Assembly (NCBI GenBank): GCA_963777315.1 | Contig: CAVZQC010000001.1 | Location: 320,001-384,000, forward strand | Origin: Vulcanimicrobiota bacterium | GTDB taxonomy: Bacteria; Vulcanimicrobiota; Vulcanimicrobiia; Vulcanimicrobiales; Vulcanimicrobiaceae | Direction of reading: 5' to 3' | DNA: 64,000 nt | In this document: piece after piece, positions 50,332 through 59,200 of the stretch | Layout: every line of letters begins with the position of its first letter | Numbering within the stretch: position 1 is the first letter of the stretch | Notes under the pieces: generated by a model | The model's input: the letters and a program-made list of their open reading frames with translations, nothing else | The model's database searches: none | What the model was told of the DNA's origin: nothing | Translations under genes and position numbers: made by a program

Positions 50332-51504
50332 ATGGCCGTCGCCAGCCCTCATCACCCCTCGCCGGACGAAGAGGCGCTGATCCTCGATGCCGTGCGCGAG
50401 CTCGTCGCCGAAAAAGTCGCGCCTCGCGCCGCGGAAATCGACGAGCGCGGCGAGTATCCGCAGGACATACGCGCGCTGTTTGCCGAGAACGACTTGCTCG
50501 GCATTCCGATCCCGGCGCAATACGGGGGCCTGGGCGGTACGTTTTCCACGTACGTCAAGGTGGTGGAGGAGATTGCCAAAGCGTGCGCCTCGAGCTCGCT
50601 GATCGTCGCCGTGCAGGAGCTGGGAATGCTGCCGATTCTCATCGGCGGCAGCGAAGAGCAAAAGCACAAGTACCTTCCCAAGCTCGCCAGCGGAGAATGG
50701 ATCGCCGCGTACGCGCTCACCGAAGCCGGCAGCGGCTCCGATGCGGCCGGTTCCATGCGCGCGCGTGCGGAGAAAAAGGGCGACGAGTACGTCCTGAACG
50801 GCCAAAAGATTTGGATCACCAACGGCAGCGTGGCCGACGTGGTGTGCGTATTTGCCGTTACCGATCCCCAGAAAGGCCCCGCCGGCATCAGCGCCTTCAT
50901 CGTCGAAAAAACGTTCCCCGGTTTCAAAGTCGGCAAGCCCGAGAAGAAAATGGGCATCCGCGGGTCGCCCACGGTCGAGCTGGTTTTCGACGATTGCCGC
51001 GTGCCGGCGGAAAATCTGATCGGAAACCCGGGAGAAGGTTTCAAGATCGCGATGAAGGTGCTGGACAAATCGCGTCCCGGCATCGCCGCGCAGGCGCTCG
51101 GCATCGCCAGCGGAGCGCTCGAGCATGCCGCTGCGTATGCGCGCGAGCGCATGGCGTTCGGCAAACCCATCGGTCAGCAGCAAGGCGTGGGGTTCATGCT
51201 GGCCGACATGAAAACCGACGTCGAAGCCGCGCGCCTGCTGCTGTACGAAGCGGCGCGCAAATGCGATGCGGAGTCGCCGGACGTCACGCTGTGGGCCGCG
51301 ATGTGCAAGCTCAAATGCGGCGACGTCGCCATGCGCGTAACCACGGACGCCGTGCAAGTGCTCGGCGGCTACGGATACTCGGTCGACTATCCGGTCGAGC
51401 GCATGATGCGAGATGCGAAAATCACGCAGATTTACGAAGGCACTCAACAAATCCAGCGCTTGGTCATTTCCCGGGCGTTGCTCGGCAAGTGGAAGCCCAA
51501 GTAA
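50332..51504 (+). CDS. Acyl-CoA dehydrogenase
   Basis: YALTEAGSGSDA, LNGQKIWITNG, KMGIRGSPT, GGYGY, QIYEGTQQIQR. Confidence 0.95.
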   Translation: MAVASPHHPSPDEEALILDAVRELVAEKVAPRAAEIDERGEYPQDIRALFAENDLLGIPIPAQYGGLGGTFSTYVKVVEEIAKACASSSLIVAVQELGMLPILIGGSEEQKHKYLPKLASGEWIAAYALTEAGSGSDAAGSMRARAEKKGDEYVLNGQKIWITNGSVADVVCVFAVTDPQKGPAGISAFIVEKTFPGFKVGKPEKKMGIRGSPTVELVFDDCRVPAENLIGNPGEGFKIAMKVLDKSRPGIAAQALGIASGALEHAAAYARERMAFGKPIGQQQGVGFMLADMKTDVEAARLLLYEAARKCDAESPDVTLWAAMCKLKCGDVAMRVTTDAVQVLGGYGYSVDYPVERMMRDAKITQIYEGTQQIQRLVISRALLGKWKPK

Positions 51505-51540
51505 CGCTTTACAGATTCTAAAAAAAGACTAGGCCTGCGC

Positions 51541-51567
51541 TGGAACGCGACGCTCTCGTCCTGCGTT
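51541..51567 (+). promoter_or_regulatory. Putative ECF-sigma promoter upstream of the Lys-rich secreted protein
   Basis: TGGAAC-N17-CGTT. Confidence 0.4.
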
Positions 51568-51623
51568 ACCCCGGTGCGATACTCGTATTGCAAGCAGACC
51601 TTTGAAGAAAGGAGGATTGCACT

Positions 51624-51884
51624 GTGAACAAATTCCTCGCGTCTATTCTCGCGTCGGCGTTTCTGTTGACGGGCACGGCCATGGCCGCTGCTCCGGCGAA
51701 GACCCACGCAGTCAAGACCACGACCAAAGCCGCCGCTTCCAAATCGGTTGCAACGGCCCACAAGTCGGTCAAAGCGGCCAAGACTTCTAAGATCAAGAAG
51801 ACTTCGCACAAGGTCAAGAAATCGAAACATTCCAACAAAAAAGCCGCCAAAATGAAAGCGGCCAAGAAGCCCTCGAAACGCTAA
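51624..51884 (+). CDS. Small secreted Lys/Ala/Ser/His-rich protein (Asr acid-shock-protein-like)
   Basis: AAAGGAGG RBS, signal peptide ending AMA, mature region with no Asp or Glu and rich in Lys, own terminator. Confidence 0.75.
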   Translation: MNKFLASILASAFLLTGTAMAAAPAKTHAVKTTTKAAASKSVATAHKSVKAAKTSKIKKTSHKVKKSKHSNKKAAKMKAAKKPSKR

Positions 51885-51906
51885 TCCGTCTTTATTTCAT
51901 GTAACG

Positions 51907-51935
51907 CGCGGCCGGCAACGGCCGCGTCTTTTTTT
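51907..51935 (+). terminator. Rho-independent terminator
   Basis: CGCGGCCG-GCAA-CGGCCGCG stem-loop followed by TC and T7. Confidence 0.85.
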
Positions 51936-51950
51936 GGGTACCGCGCCGAA

Positions 51951-52766
51951 TCAAAAACCTTGTGGGCGCTGGCCGAAGAGCACCGGAATGAAATGTCCGG
52001 CAACGAAGGACAGCACGAACACGATCGAACCGTACAGCGCGATTTCCAAGCCGCGCAGCCACCGGTTTCGCGACGTGAGCGAACCCGCGTAGACGCCGAT
52101 GCCGAACAGCCCCGCAAGCGCCAGCGCCACGCTCGCAATCACCACGGTGCGTCCGGCAACCGGAGCAAAGAAGTACGGCAAGATCGGAATGAGCGATCCC
52201 GCAGCGTACGACAGCCCCATCGAAACTGCCGGCGTAACGTCGGAGGATTCGGCGATGCGCGGATCGATGCCGAATTCGTCGCGCATCATCTCGTAGAGAT
52301 AGATTTCGGGATTCTTGGCAAGCCGGGAAACGATGAGATGGGCTTCGTCGGCGCTAAAGCCCTTGAGCTTGTAGTAGGCGACTTGCTCGGCGAATTCGTC
52401 CTGCGGATTCTGCTCCATTTCGCGGCGTTCCATTTCAATGGATGCCTGTACGACCTCGCGCTCGGATTTTGCGCCCTGGTACTGGCCGACCGACATCGAC
52501 AATGCGCCCGCGATGAGCGCGACCAGACCACCGACCAATACCGCGACGCGGCCGCCGGATGCTACGCTTACGCCGGTAACCACGCCCATCGTCGTCAGAA
52601 TGCCGTCTTTGGCTCCAAACACGATCTCCCGCACGCGACGCTGGCGCTCGAGGTGTCGCCGCTGCGGCGTGTCTGGGATGCGCGGTCTGACCTTGCGCCA
52701 GCCGGGCGTGTCGACGACGACTTTAAAGGGCGGAACCGGCGGCCGGTTCTGCGGAGTATCGTTCAT
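51951..52766 (-). CDS. VIT1/CCC1 family Fe/Mn transporter
   Basis: REIVFGAKDGILT, AGALSMSVGQY, ERREMEQNPQDE, GSLIPILPY. Confidence 0.92.
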   Translation of the reverse strand: MNDTPQNRPPVPPFKVVVDTPGWRKVRPRIPDTPQRRHLERQRRVREIVFGAKDGILTTMGVVTGVSVASGGRVAVLVGGLVALIAGALSMSVGQYQGAKSEREVVQASIEMERREMEQNPQDEFAEQVAYYKLKGFSADEAHLIVSRLAKNPEIYLYEMMRDEFGIDPRIAESSDVTPAVSMGLSYAAGSLIPILPYFFAPVAGRTVVIASVALALAGLFGIGVYAGSLTSRNRWLRGLEIALYGSIVFVLSFVAGHFIPVLFGQRPQGF

Positions 52767-52876
52767 TGCGAAACGGCTTGCCGCCAATCGACTGCGAGCC
52801 CTTCCGAATCCCGATGTTAGGCACGCCGAACGTGCGCGAAGCGGCACAGTTCGCGCATCCGGCGAAAGCATGCACA

Positions 52877-53812
52877 ATGTCTGGGCTGAAGGCTTTTCCC
52901 CGAATCGCAATAGCCGGCGCGCTCGCGCTCGCACTCTTGTTCGTGTTTTGCGGTCAGGCGGCCGCGCAGAACGATACGGCGCTGCAGTCACAGCTGCGCG
53001 CGCTCGCAGCCGCGCACCGCGGAAAAGTTGCGCTTTACGCGGTGGACTTACGCAGCGGAAGAACGGTCGGCGTCGATGCGGACACGCCCGTGCCCACGGC
53101 CTCGGTCATCAAACTCACGGTTCTCTTCGAGGCGCTCAAACAAGTTCAAGCCGGCAGAGTGCGCTTCAGCGACGACCTCACGATGACCAAGGCCGATCAG
53201 GTACCCGGATCCGGCGTTTTGAGCCTTTTCGATACGCCGCTCACCCTTACGCTCAAGGATGCGCTGAGCATGATGGTGGTCGTGAGCGACAACACGGCGA
53301 CCAATTTGGTCATCGATCGTTTGGGACTTGCCGATATCGACGCGCGCATTCAGTGGATGGGCCTGCGCGACACGTGGCTCTACAAAAAGGTTTTCAAACC
53401 GCCGATCGGCGCGGTACCGGCGGATCAAAAACGTTTTGGCCTCGGCAAGACGACCGCGCGCGAGATGGCGCAGGTGATGCAGCGCTTTGCAACGTGCGAC
53501 CTTGCCGCGCCGGGTTCAGCGTCCGTACCTTCTCAGAGTGACCGTACGCTGTGCGCCACGGCGCTGAATATGCTCAAAAATCAGTCCGACCGCGACGCCA
53601 TTCCTCGCTATTTGGGCAATCTCGAAGTCGCCAACAAAACCGGAGCGCTCGACGACGTCCGTAACGACGTGGGGATCGTATACGCCCGCAACGGACCGAT
53701 TATTATTTCAGCGTTCACCTACGACAACGCCGACCAGAGCTGGACCGCCGACAACTCCGCGCAAGTGCTGATGGCAAAACTCGCTAAGGCGATCGTGGAT
53801 CGCTGGCAGTAA
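52877..53812 (+). CDS. Class A beta-lactamase-fold serine hydrolase (PBP-A-like), secreted
   Basis: Signal peptide, TASVIK (SxxK), SDNTATN, KTG, NDVG. Confidence 0.88.
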   Translation: MSGLKAFPRIAIAGALALALLFVFCGQAAAQNDTALQSQLRALAAAHRGKVALYAVDLRSGRTVGVDADTPVPTASVIKLTVLFEALKQVQAGRVRFSDDLTMTKADQVPGSGVLSLFDTPLTLTLKDALSMMVVVSDNTATNLVIDRLGLADIDARIQWMGLRDTWLYKKVFKPPIGAVPADQKRFGLGKTTAREMAQVMQRFATCDLAAPGSASVPSQSDRTLCATALNMLKNQSDRDAIPRYLGNLEVANKTGALDDVRNDVGIVYARNGPIIISAFTYDNADQSWTADNSAQVLMAKLAKAIVDRWQ

Positions 53813-53813
53813 C

Positions 53814-55940
53814 CTACAGGTGCACCGACCACCAGTCCAGCATCGATTCGTACAGGCGGCGCAAGTCCGACAGAGCCGTGAATCCGTGGCGCTCGCCCGA
53901 ATACGGCATGAAATCGACGTTCGGCTTGTCGGCGGCAATGAGCGCGTGCAGCAATGCAATGCTGTTGGCCATATGCACGTTATCGTCTGCCGTCCCCTGG
54001 CTGACTAGAAGCGCGCCGCGCAGAGCTGCCGCCGCAGCGATGACGGACGCGGCGTCGTAGCTTTTGGGATCGTCCTGGGGCGAGCCCATGTAACGCTCGG
54101 TGTAGATTGAGTCGTACAAACGCCAATCGGTAACCGGAGCACCGGCAGCGCCGGCTTTGAACGAAGCCGAGTGCGTAAGCGCGTACGCCGTTTCGTATCC
54201 TCCGAAGCTCCATCCCCAGATGCCGATGCGCGATCCGTCGACGTACGGCAGCGATCGCAGGTATGCCGCGCCTATTTCCTGGCCCAGCAGCGAACCCGCG
54301 CCTAAGTTGTGATAGAGCAGACGCACGTGGGCCTCATCGTCGATCTGCGATGCCGGTCCATCGATGCTGAAGACGATGAAACCGCGCCGCGCGAGCAGCT
54401 GCTGGTACAAACCCAGCATGTAGCCGAATGCGTCCGCGGTCGTAGGCAGCTCCGGGCCGCCGTACACGTACACGACGACCGGATACCTGCGCGCCGGATC
54501 GAATTGCGCTGGCCGAATCATGTACGCGTCGAGTTTGCCGTATGCCGAATCGACCGACAGGGTTTGCACCCGCAGCAACTGTTCGCGCAGCGATTCATTG
54601 CGGGGCGCAAGAATCGCCTTCGTCCCTGCGAGCAGCGAAATGAGTTCGGTTTGCGGCGGATCGTTCAAGGTGGAATAGGTGTCGACGAACGCGGCGTTCG
54701 TGGGAGCCAGCGCCACGGAATGCGTTCCGGGCGACGGCGTGAGGTTAGCGGGAGCTCCGCCGGTCAGCGGCACGGCGAGCAGCGAGCGGTCCCGCCGCGT
54801 GGGATACGCGGCCGACACGTAGGCCGTTGCCGTGTCTTCGTCGACTCCGAGCAGCCGCACGACGCGAAAGGCGCCGTTCAGGCGTTTCAATTTACCGGTG
54901 CGACTGCGCAGGTAGAGGCCAGGCACGTTGTCGCGCTCGAGCACCCAAAGCGACCGCCCCGCACGCAGTTCCTGGGGCAACGCAATCGCGTCAACCCATT
55001 TGGCGCCGGTTTGGCGATATAGCTGCGTCATCCGGTAGCCGGGCTGCTGCCACTGCACGACGCGAAGCGTTCGCTGTGCGCGATCGAGCAGTTCGGCAAT
55101 CAGTGCACCGCCGGGGGCCTGCCATGCGATGGACGGCAAATATTCGTCGCGTGCTCCGGCGTCGTACAGCTGCCGCGATGCCGCGGTTGCCACGTCGACG
55201 ACGTGCAGCGTAAGACGCGGATTTCGTTCGCCCGCCAGCGGATAGCGCGCAAAAGCTACGGAGTTGTCATTACGCGTGAAATCGACGATCGGGTAATTGG
55301 TGACCGGACGTTCGTCCATTTGAACGTATGCGATGAACCGGCCGTCCGGCGACCACGCGAAACCGTGCACGGTGGAAAACTCTTCCGCGTACACCCAGTC
55401 CACGTCGCCGTTGAGGATCGAACCCGGAATACCGCCGGTCGTCATGCGCGTGATGCGCAGAACCGGACGCAGCGCGGCCACGTAGAGATCGGCGCCGTGC
55501 GTGTACGCGAGCGCCGTACTTTGCGGCGACCATAAAACGTCCGAAACGTCCTTTGCGATGGTGCGGTCCAGTCCGGTCGACATGTCGCGCACGTACAGCG
55601 TGCCGTGAATGACGAACGACAGCGCTTTACCGTCCGGCGACCAGGCGACGTTGCCCGGATTCCGAGGTTTACCCCCGTACGCTTCCGGATCGATGACGAC
55701 ACGGCTTTGTCCGGTGTTCACGTCATATTGGCGAACCGGCGTAGGCTGCTCGGGATCTTGCCATGGCAGAACGTACAAGAACGACGCGCCGTCGGGCGAC
55801 CACCTGATGTTCGACGGCTGAGCGCCCCACGGCGGCGCCGAGGCAAAGACTTCATCCAGGCTAAGTTGGGGAGCGGCAAGCGCCGGGGCGGCGCAGAGCA
55901 AGGCAAGAGCACACCACGTCGCCAGGAGCCGACACGCCAT
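53814..55940 (-). CDS. Dipeptidyl peptidase IV-like (S9B), secreted
   Basis: NGDVDWVYAEEF, GWSFGG, YDSIYTERYMG, DDNVH, HG. Confidence 0.93.
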   Translation of the reverse strand: MACRLLATWCALALLCAAPALAAPQLSLDEVFASAPPWGAQPSNIRWSPDGASFLYVLPWQDPEQPTPVRQYDVNTGQSRVVIDPEAYGGKPRNPGNVAWSPDGKALSFVIHGTLYVRDMSTGLDRTIAKDVSDVLWSPQSTALAYTHGADLYVAALRPVLRITRMTTGGIPGSILNGDVDWVYAEEFSTVHGFAWSPDGRFIAYVQMDERPVTNYPIVDFTRNDNSVAFARYPLAGERNPRLTLHVVDVATAASRQLYDAGARDEYLPSIAWQAPGGALIAELLDRAQRTLRVVQWQQPGYRMTQLYRQTGAKWVDAIALPQELRAGRSLWVLERDNVPGLYLRSRTGKLKRLNGAFRVVRLLGVDEDTATAYVSAAYPTRRDRSLLAVPLTGGAPANLTPSPGTHSVALAPTNAAFVDTYSTLNDPPQTELISLLAGTKAILAPRNESLREQLLRVQTLSVDSAYGKLDAYMIRPAQFDPARRYPVVVYVYGGPELPTTADAFGYMLGLYQQLLARRGFIVFSIDGPASQIDDEAHVRLLYHNLGAGSLLGQEIGAAYLRSLPYVDGSRIGIWGWSFGGYETAYALTHSASFKAGAAGAPVTDWRLYDSIYTERYMGSPQDDPKSYDAASVIAAAAALRGALLVSQGTADDNVHMANSIALLHALIAADKPNVDFMPYSGERHGFTALSDLRRLYESMLDWWSVHL

Positions 55941-55981
55941 GCGGGCGGATTTCACCGAACCGCTGGGCGAATACTTGCGCG

Positions 55982-56497
55982 ATGTCCGATCCTTACGACG
56001 AAAAATTCACCCATGAAAATCCGATCGTCGCAGCCGCGACGCGGATTCGCGCGCGTCGCGAGCTCGAGCGAGTCGTCGATGAAACCGTCCAGGGACAAGC
56101 ATCGTACGACGACGCCGAGAGCGCGTTCGCCGCATTCGGCAAACAGCTCGCGGCCGGAACCAAACGCTTGAACGCAATCTTAGGCGCACGCACCGGCGTG
56201 AAGTTCATCCGTCTGGAGAAACCGCTACGCTTGCGCCTGCGCTATGCGGAACATCGCGTGAGTTTGGATTTGGACGAGGTACATCAGCTGGTGCGTATCG
56301 CGGGCCTGGGTCTGGAAGGGGAATGGCAATTCGATCCCGCGGCGCCGGTGCCGTCGCTGATCAACCTTTCGAAGATTTCGACCGAGGCCGGATACGGTGA
56401 GCGCCTCACCCCGTCTTTTTTGCTGAAGACGATCGCGAAGGACGCGCAGTTGCCCCGCCCGGAGCATTTGAGCGGGCCCGGGCCGCTGAGTTTTTAG
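55982..56497 (+). CDS. Hypothetical protein (171 aa)
   Basis: Fills the gap between genes, GC3-biased codons, protein-like composition; no family recognised. Confidence 0.7.
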   Translation: MSDPYDEKFTHENPIVAAATRIRARRELERVVDETVQGQASYDDAESAFAAFGKQLAAGTKRLNAILGARTGVKFIRLEKPLRLRLRYAEHRVSLDLDEVHQLVRIAGLGLEGEWQFDPAAPVPSLINLSKISTEAGYGERLTPSFLLKTIAKDAQLPRPEHLSGPGPLSF

Positions 56498-57161
56498 CCT
56501 CCCGCGCGATAATTTTCGGCGTCGGGCAGAGAGGCGCAACCGGACACTGGGCGCACAGCGGCGTGGGCGCTTTGCAAATCGCCCGGCCGTGCAGAATGAG
56601 CCAGTGATGCGCGTGCCGCTGTTTTTGGGAGGGAACGAGCGCTTCCAAATCGCGCTCGACGTCGCGCGGCGTTTTGCCCAACGTCAAACCCAGGCGGTGC
56701 GCCACCCGAAAAACGTGCGTGTCGACCGCGATCGCCGCCTCCTCGAAAGCCACCGAAAGCACGACGCTTGCGGTTTTGCGCCCTACGCCCGCCAGCGATT
56801 CCAAGGACTCGCGATCCCCAGGCACGCGTCCGCCGTGCTTGTCCGTCAAATCCTGAGCGCAGCTGATGATGTTGCGCGCCTTGACGCGGAAAAAGCCGCA
56901 CGACTTGATGATCCGCTCGACGTCTTCTTGGCGCGCTCGCGCAAGCGTCTGCGCAGTAGGATACGCTTTGAATAGGACCGGAGTAGTCAGGTTGACGCGC
57001 GCGTCGGTGCACTGCGCGGAGAGAATTACCGCTACGAGCAGCTCGAACGGAGTACCGTACTCGAGCGCAGTTTTAGCGCCCGGATAGGTGCGCTCGAGGA
57101 TGGCGAGCTGTGCCCGAGCGGTGTCTTTGGACACCTTTCGCGCGGGAAACGGAATTTTCAT
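56406..57161 (-). CDS. nth: Endonuclease III (3' end uncertain; overlaps the convergent gene)
   Basis: LLVAVILSAQCTD, HhH LAGVGRKTA, VDTHVFRV, C-x6-C-x2-C-x5-C Fe-S motif. Confidence 0.95.
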   Translation of the reverse strand: MKIPFPARKVSKDTARAQLAILERTYPGAKTALEYGTPFELLVAVILSAQCTDARVNLTTPVLFKAYPTAQTLARARQEDVERIIKSCGFFRVKARNIISCAQDLTDKHGGRVPGDRESLESLAGVGRKTASVVLSVAFEEAAIAVDTHVFRVAHRLGLTLGKTPRDVERDLEALVPSQKQRHAHHWLILHGRAICKAPTPLCAQCPVAPLCPTPKIIAREAKNSAARARSNAPGGATARPSRSSSAKKTG

Positions 57162-57163
57162 CG

Positions 57164-59200
57164 CTACCGTAAGTAACGCACCAGCCAGTCGATCCAACGC
57201 CGGTCGACGTCCATCGCACGCACCGGATCGCTTGGAAAATGGCCGGCGACCGGATACGCGAAAAATTGCACCGGCACGCCGTGGTCCTTGAGCGCGTGGA
57301 ACATCTCGTACGACTGCGTGATCGGTACGCGCGCGTCGCCGGTATCGGAAAGAATCAGCGTCGGAGTATCGACGTTCCAGGCGTAGGAAATGGGAGATTG
57401 CGCTCGATACTGCTGCATCCGTTTGCCGGTCCACGGCGACCCGCCGAAACTAAAGCGCACGCTCACGTTATTGTCCGAAAGCGCGTACTCATCGATCCAG
57501 TTATTGACCGCAGCGCCCGTTACGGCAGCTTTCCAGAAATGATAGTGACCTTCCATCCAGGACGTCATGTAGCCGCCGTACGACCAGCCTGAAACCCCGA
57601 TGCGCGACGGATCGACGCGCGCGATTTTTTTCACCGCGGCGATCCCGGCCATGACGTCGCGTCCGGGACCGGCACCCGCATCGTTGAAGATGGCATGCCA
57701 GTATGCCTCACCCAGATTGTCGCTGCCGCGGTAGTTGGGATTGAAGACGATGAAGCCGCGCGCGGCCAGCAGCTGGTTGAGCGAGCTGAACGACGTGAGC
57801 GACGCGGAGTTGGGGCCGCCGTGAACGACGAGCACGAGCGGATACGTTTTGTTCGGATCGGCCGAGATGGATTGCTCGTATCCCGGCGGATACGTAAGGA
57901 CGCCGTCCTCGGAAAAACCTTCGGAGCGCCATGCCAGCGGGGCAACCCTGCCCAAGTCCAGCGCCGCAACGTTTTGGTTGTATGAGGTAAGCTGCCGCGG
58001 CGTCGCAGCGGACGAACTCATGTAATACAGTTCGGTCGGAATATGCGCTTGGCTCGCAGTGAAAGCCAGCGCTCCGCCGTTGCTGATGCTCGCATCGAGC
58101 CAAAAGAACTGCGTGGGCTGCACCGCGCCCAAATCGATTCGTCGTGGTGTGCCGTCGAGCGGCACGATCCAGAGCGCTGCATCCGTGCCTTTGTGGCCGG
58201 ACACGACCAGCGATTTCGAATCGGGCATCCACATCGCTCGCTGCACGTTGGTATCTATCGTCGCAGCGGTCACGTCGGTGCCGTCGCCTCCGCTCGCGCT
58301 GGTAACATAGATGTCGTTTTGCGCCGCCGGATCGCCGCGGTAAGGATACCAATACGCGATTTTCTTGCCGTCAGGCGAAAATTCGCCGTAACCTTCGAGC
58401 TTGCCATGCGAGGTCAGGGTGCGGATCGCTTTGGTTTGCGTATCCAGCACGGCAATCACGGTTTGGTCGCCGTCGGCGTAATAGGGCGTCGCCATCTTGG
58501 AGAAAACGATGTACCGCCCGTCGGGCGACCATGACAAGGGCGAAGACGGCGAACTCGGCGGCGCGGCAGGCGGCAAACTCCACCCGCCCTGCGTCAAGCG
58601 CGCGTTGCCGGTTCCATCCGACGACACCAGCCAGATGTGGCTCGGCGTGGGAGCTGCCATTTCGCGGTACGACTGATCGCCCACGACGAAAGCATCCGAG
58701 TGGCGCGCGATCGCCGCTTTGTTCGGCGGCTCGTCCGCGGTGACGTACGCCAGCGCTTTGCCGTCCGGACGCCATGCGAACTGCTGCACGCCTTGCGGCG
58801 CAGCGGTTATGGGCACGGCGTCACCGCCGCGCAGATTCAACACGAAAATCTGTTCTTGCGCCGCTTTGCCTTGTCCACGCTGGGCTAAAAACGCAATGCG
58901 GGTTCCGTCGGACGCCCACGCCGGCGAGGACACGCCCTTGCGTTCGAACGTGAGCGGCCACGCCGAATGCGAGTTGAGATCGTAAAGCATGAGCGTGCGT
59001 TCGAACGTGTCCGATCGATAATTCGGCTTGGCAACCACGTACGCGATCCGCGTTCCGTCGGGCGCGATCGCCGCATCCGAAACGCCGATGAGCGATTTGA
59101 GATCGTCCAACTGCATCGTGCGGGCCGATGCAGCTGCCGTCAGCAGCAGCAGCGCCGGCAGCACGCTCGCGACGACTCTTACGATGCCGGCTAACCTCAT
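57164..59200 (-). CDS. S9 family (acylaminoacyl-peptidase-like) serine peptidase, secreted
   Basis: Signal peptide, propeller W.PDG repeats, VHGGP, NYRGS, GWSYGG, DARVP, GH. Confidence 0.93.
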   Translation of the reverse strand: MRLAGIVRVVASVLPALLLLTAAASARTMQLDDLKSLIGVSDAAIAPDGTRIAYVVAKPNYRSDTFERTLMLYDLNSHSAWPLTFERKGVSSPAWASDGTRIAFLAQRGQGKAAQEQIFVLNLRGGDAVPITAAPQGVQQFAWRPDGKALAYVTADEPPNKAAIARHSDAFVVGDQSYREMAAPTPSHIWLVSSDGTGNARLTQGGWSLPPAAPPSSPSSPLSWSPDGRYIVFSKMATPYYADGDQTVIAVLDTQTKAIRTLTSHGKLEGYGEFSPDGKKIAYWYPYRGDPAAQNDIYVTSASGGDGTDVTAATIDTNVQRAMWMPDSKSLVVSGHKGTDAALWIVPLDGTPRRIDLGAVQPTQFFWLDASISNGGALAFTASQAHIPTELYYMSSSAATPRQLTSYNQNVAALDLGRVAPLAWRSEGFSEDGVLTYPPGYEQSISADPNKTYPLVLVVHGGPNSASLTSFSSLNQLLAARGFIVFNPNYRGSDNLGEAYWHAIFNDAGAGPGRDVMAGIAAVKKIARVDPSRIGVSGWSYGGYMTSWMEGHYHFWKAAVTGAAVNNWIDEYALSDNNVSVRFSFGGSPWTGKRMQQYRAQSPISYAWNVDTPTLILSDTGDARVPITQSYEMFHALKDHGVPVQFFAYPVAGHFPSDPVRAMDVDRRWIDWLVRYLR

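Noticed and set aside
56406..56497. Functional 92-bp convergent overlap between nth and the hypothetical gene
   Set aside because: The nth tail beyond the Fe-S motif is low-information. It may be simple stop-codon drift, or an indel near the TAA at 56494.
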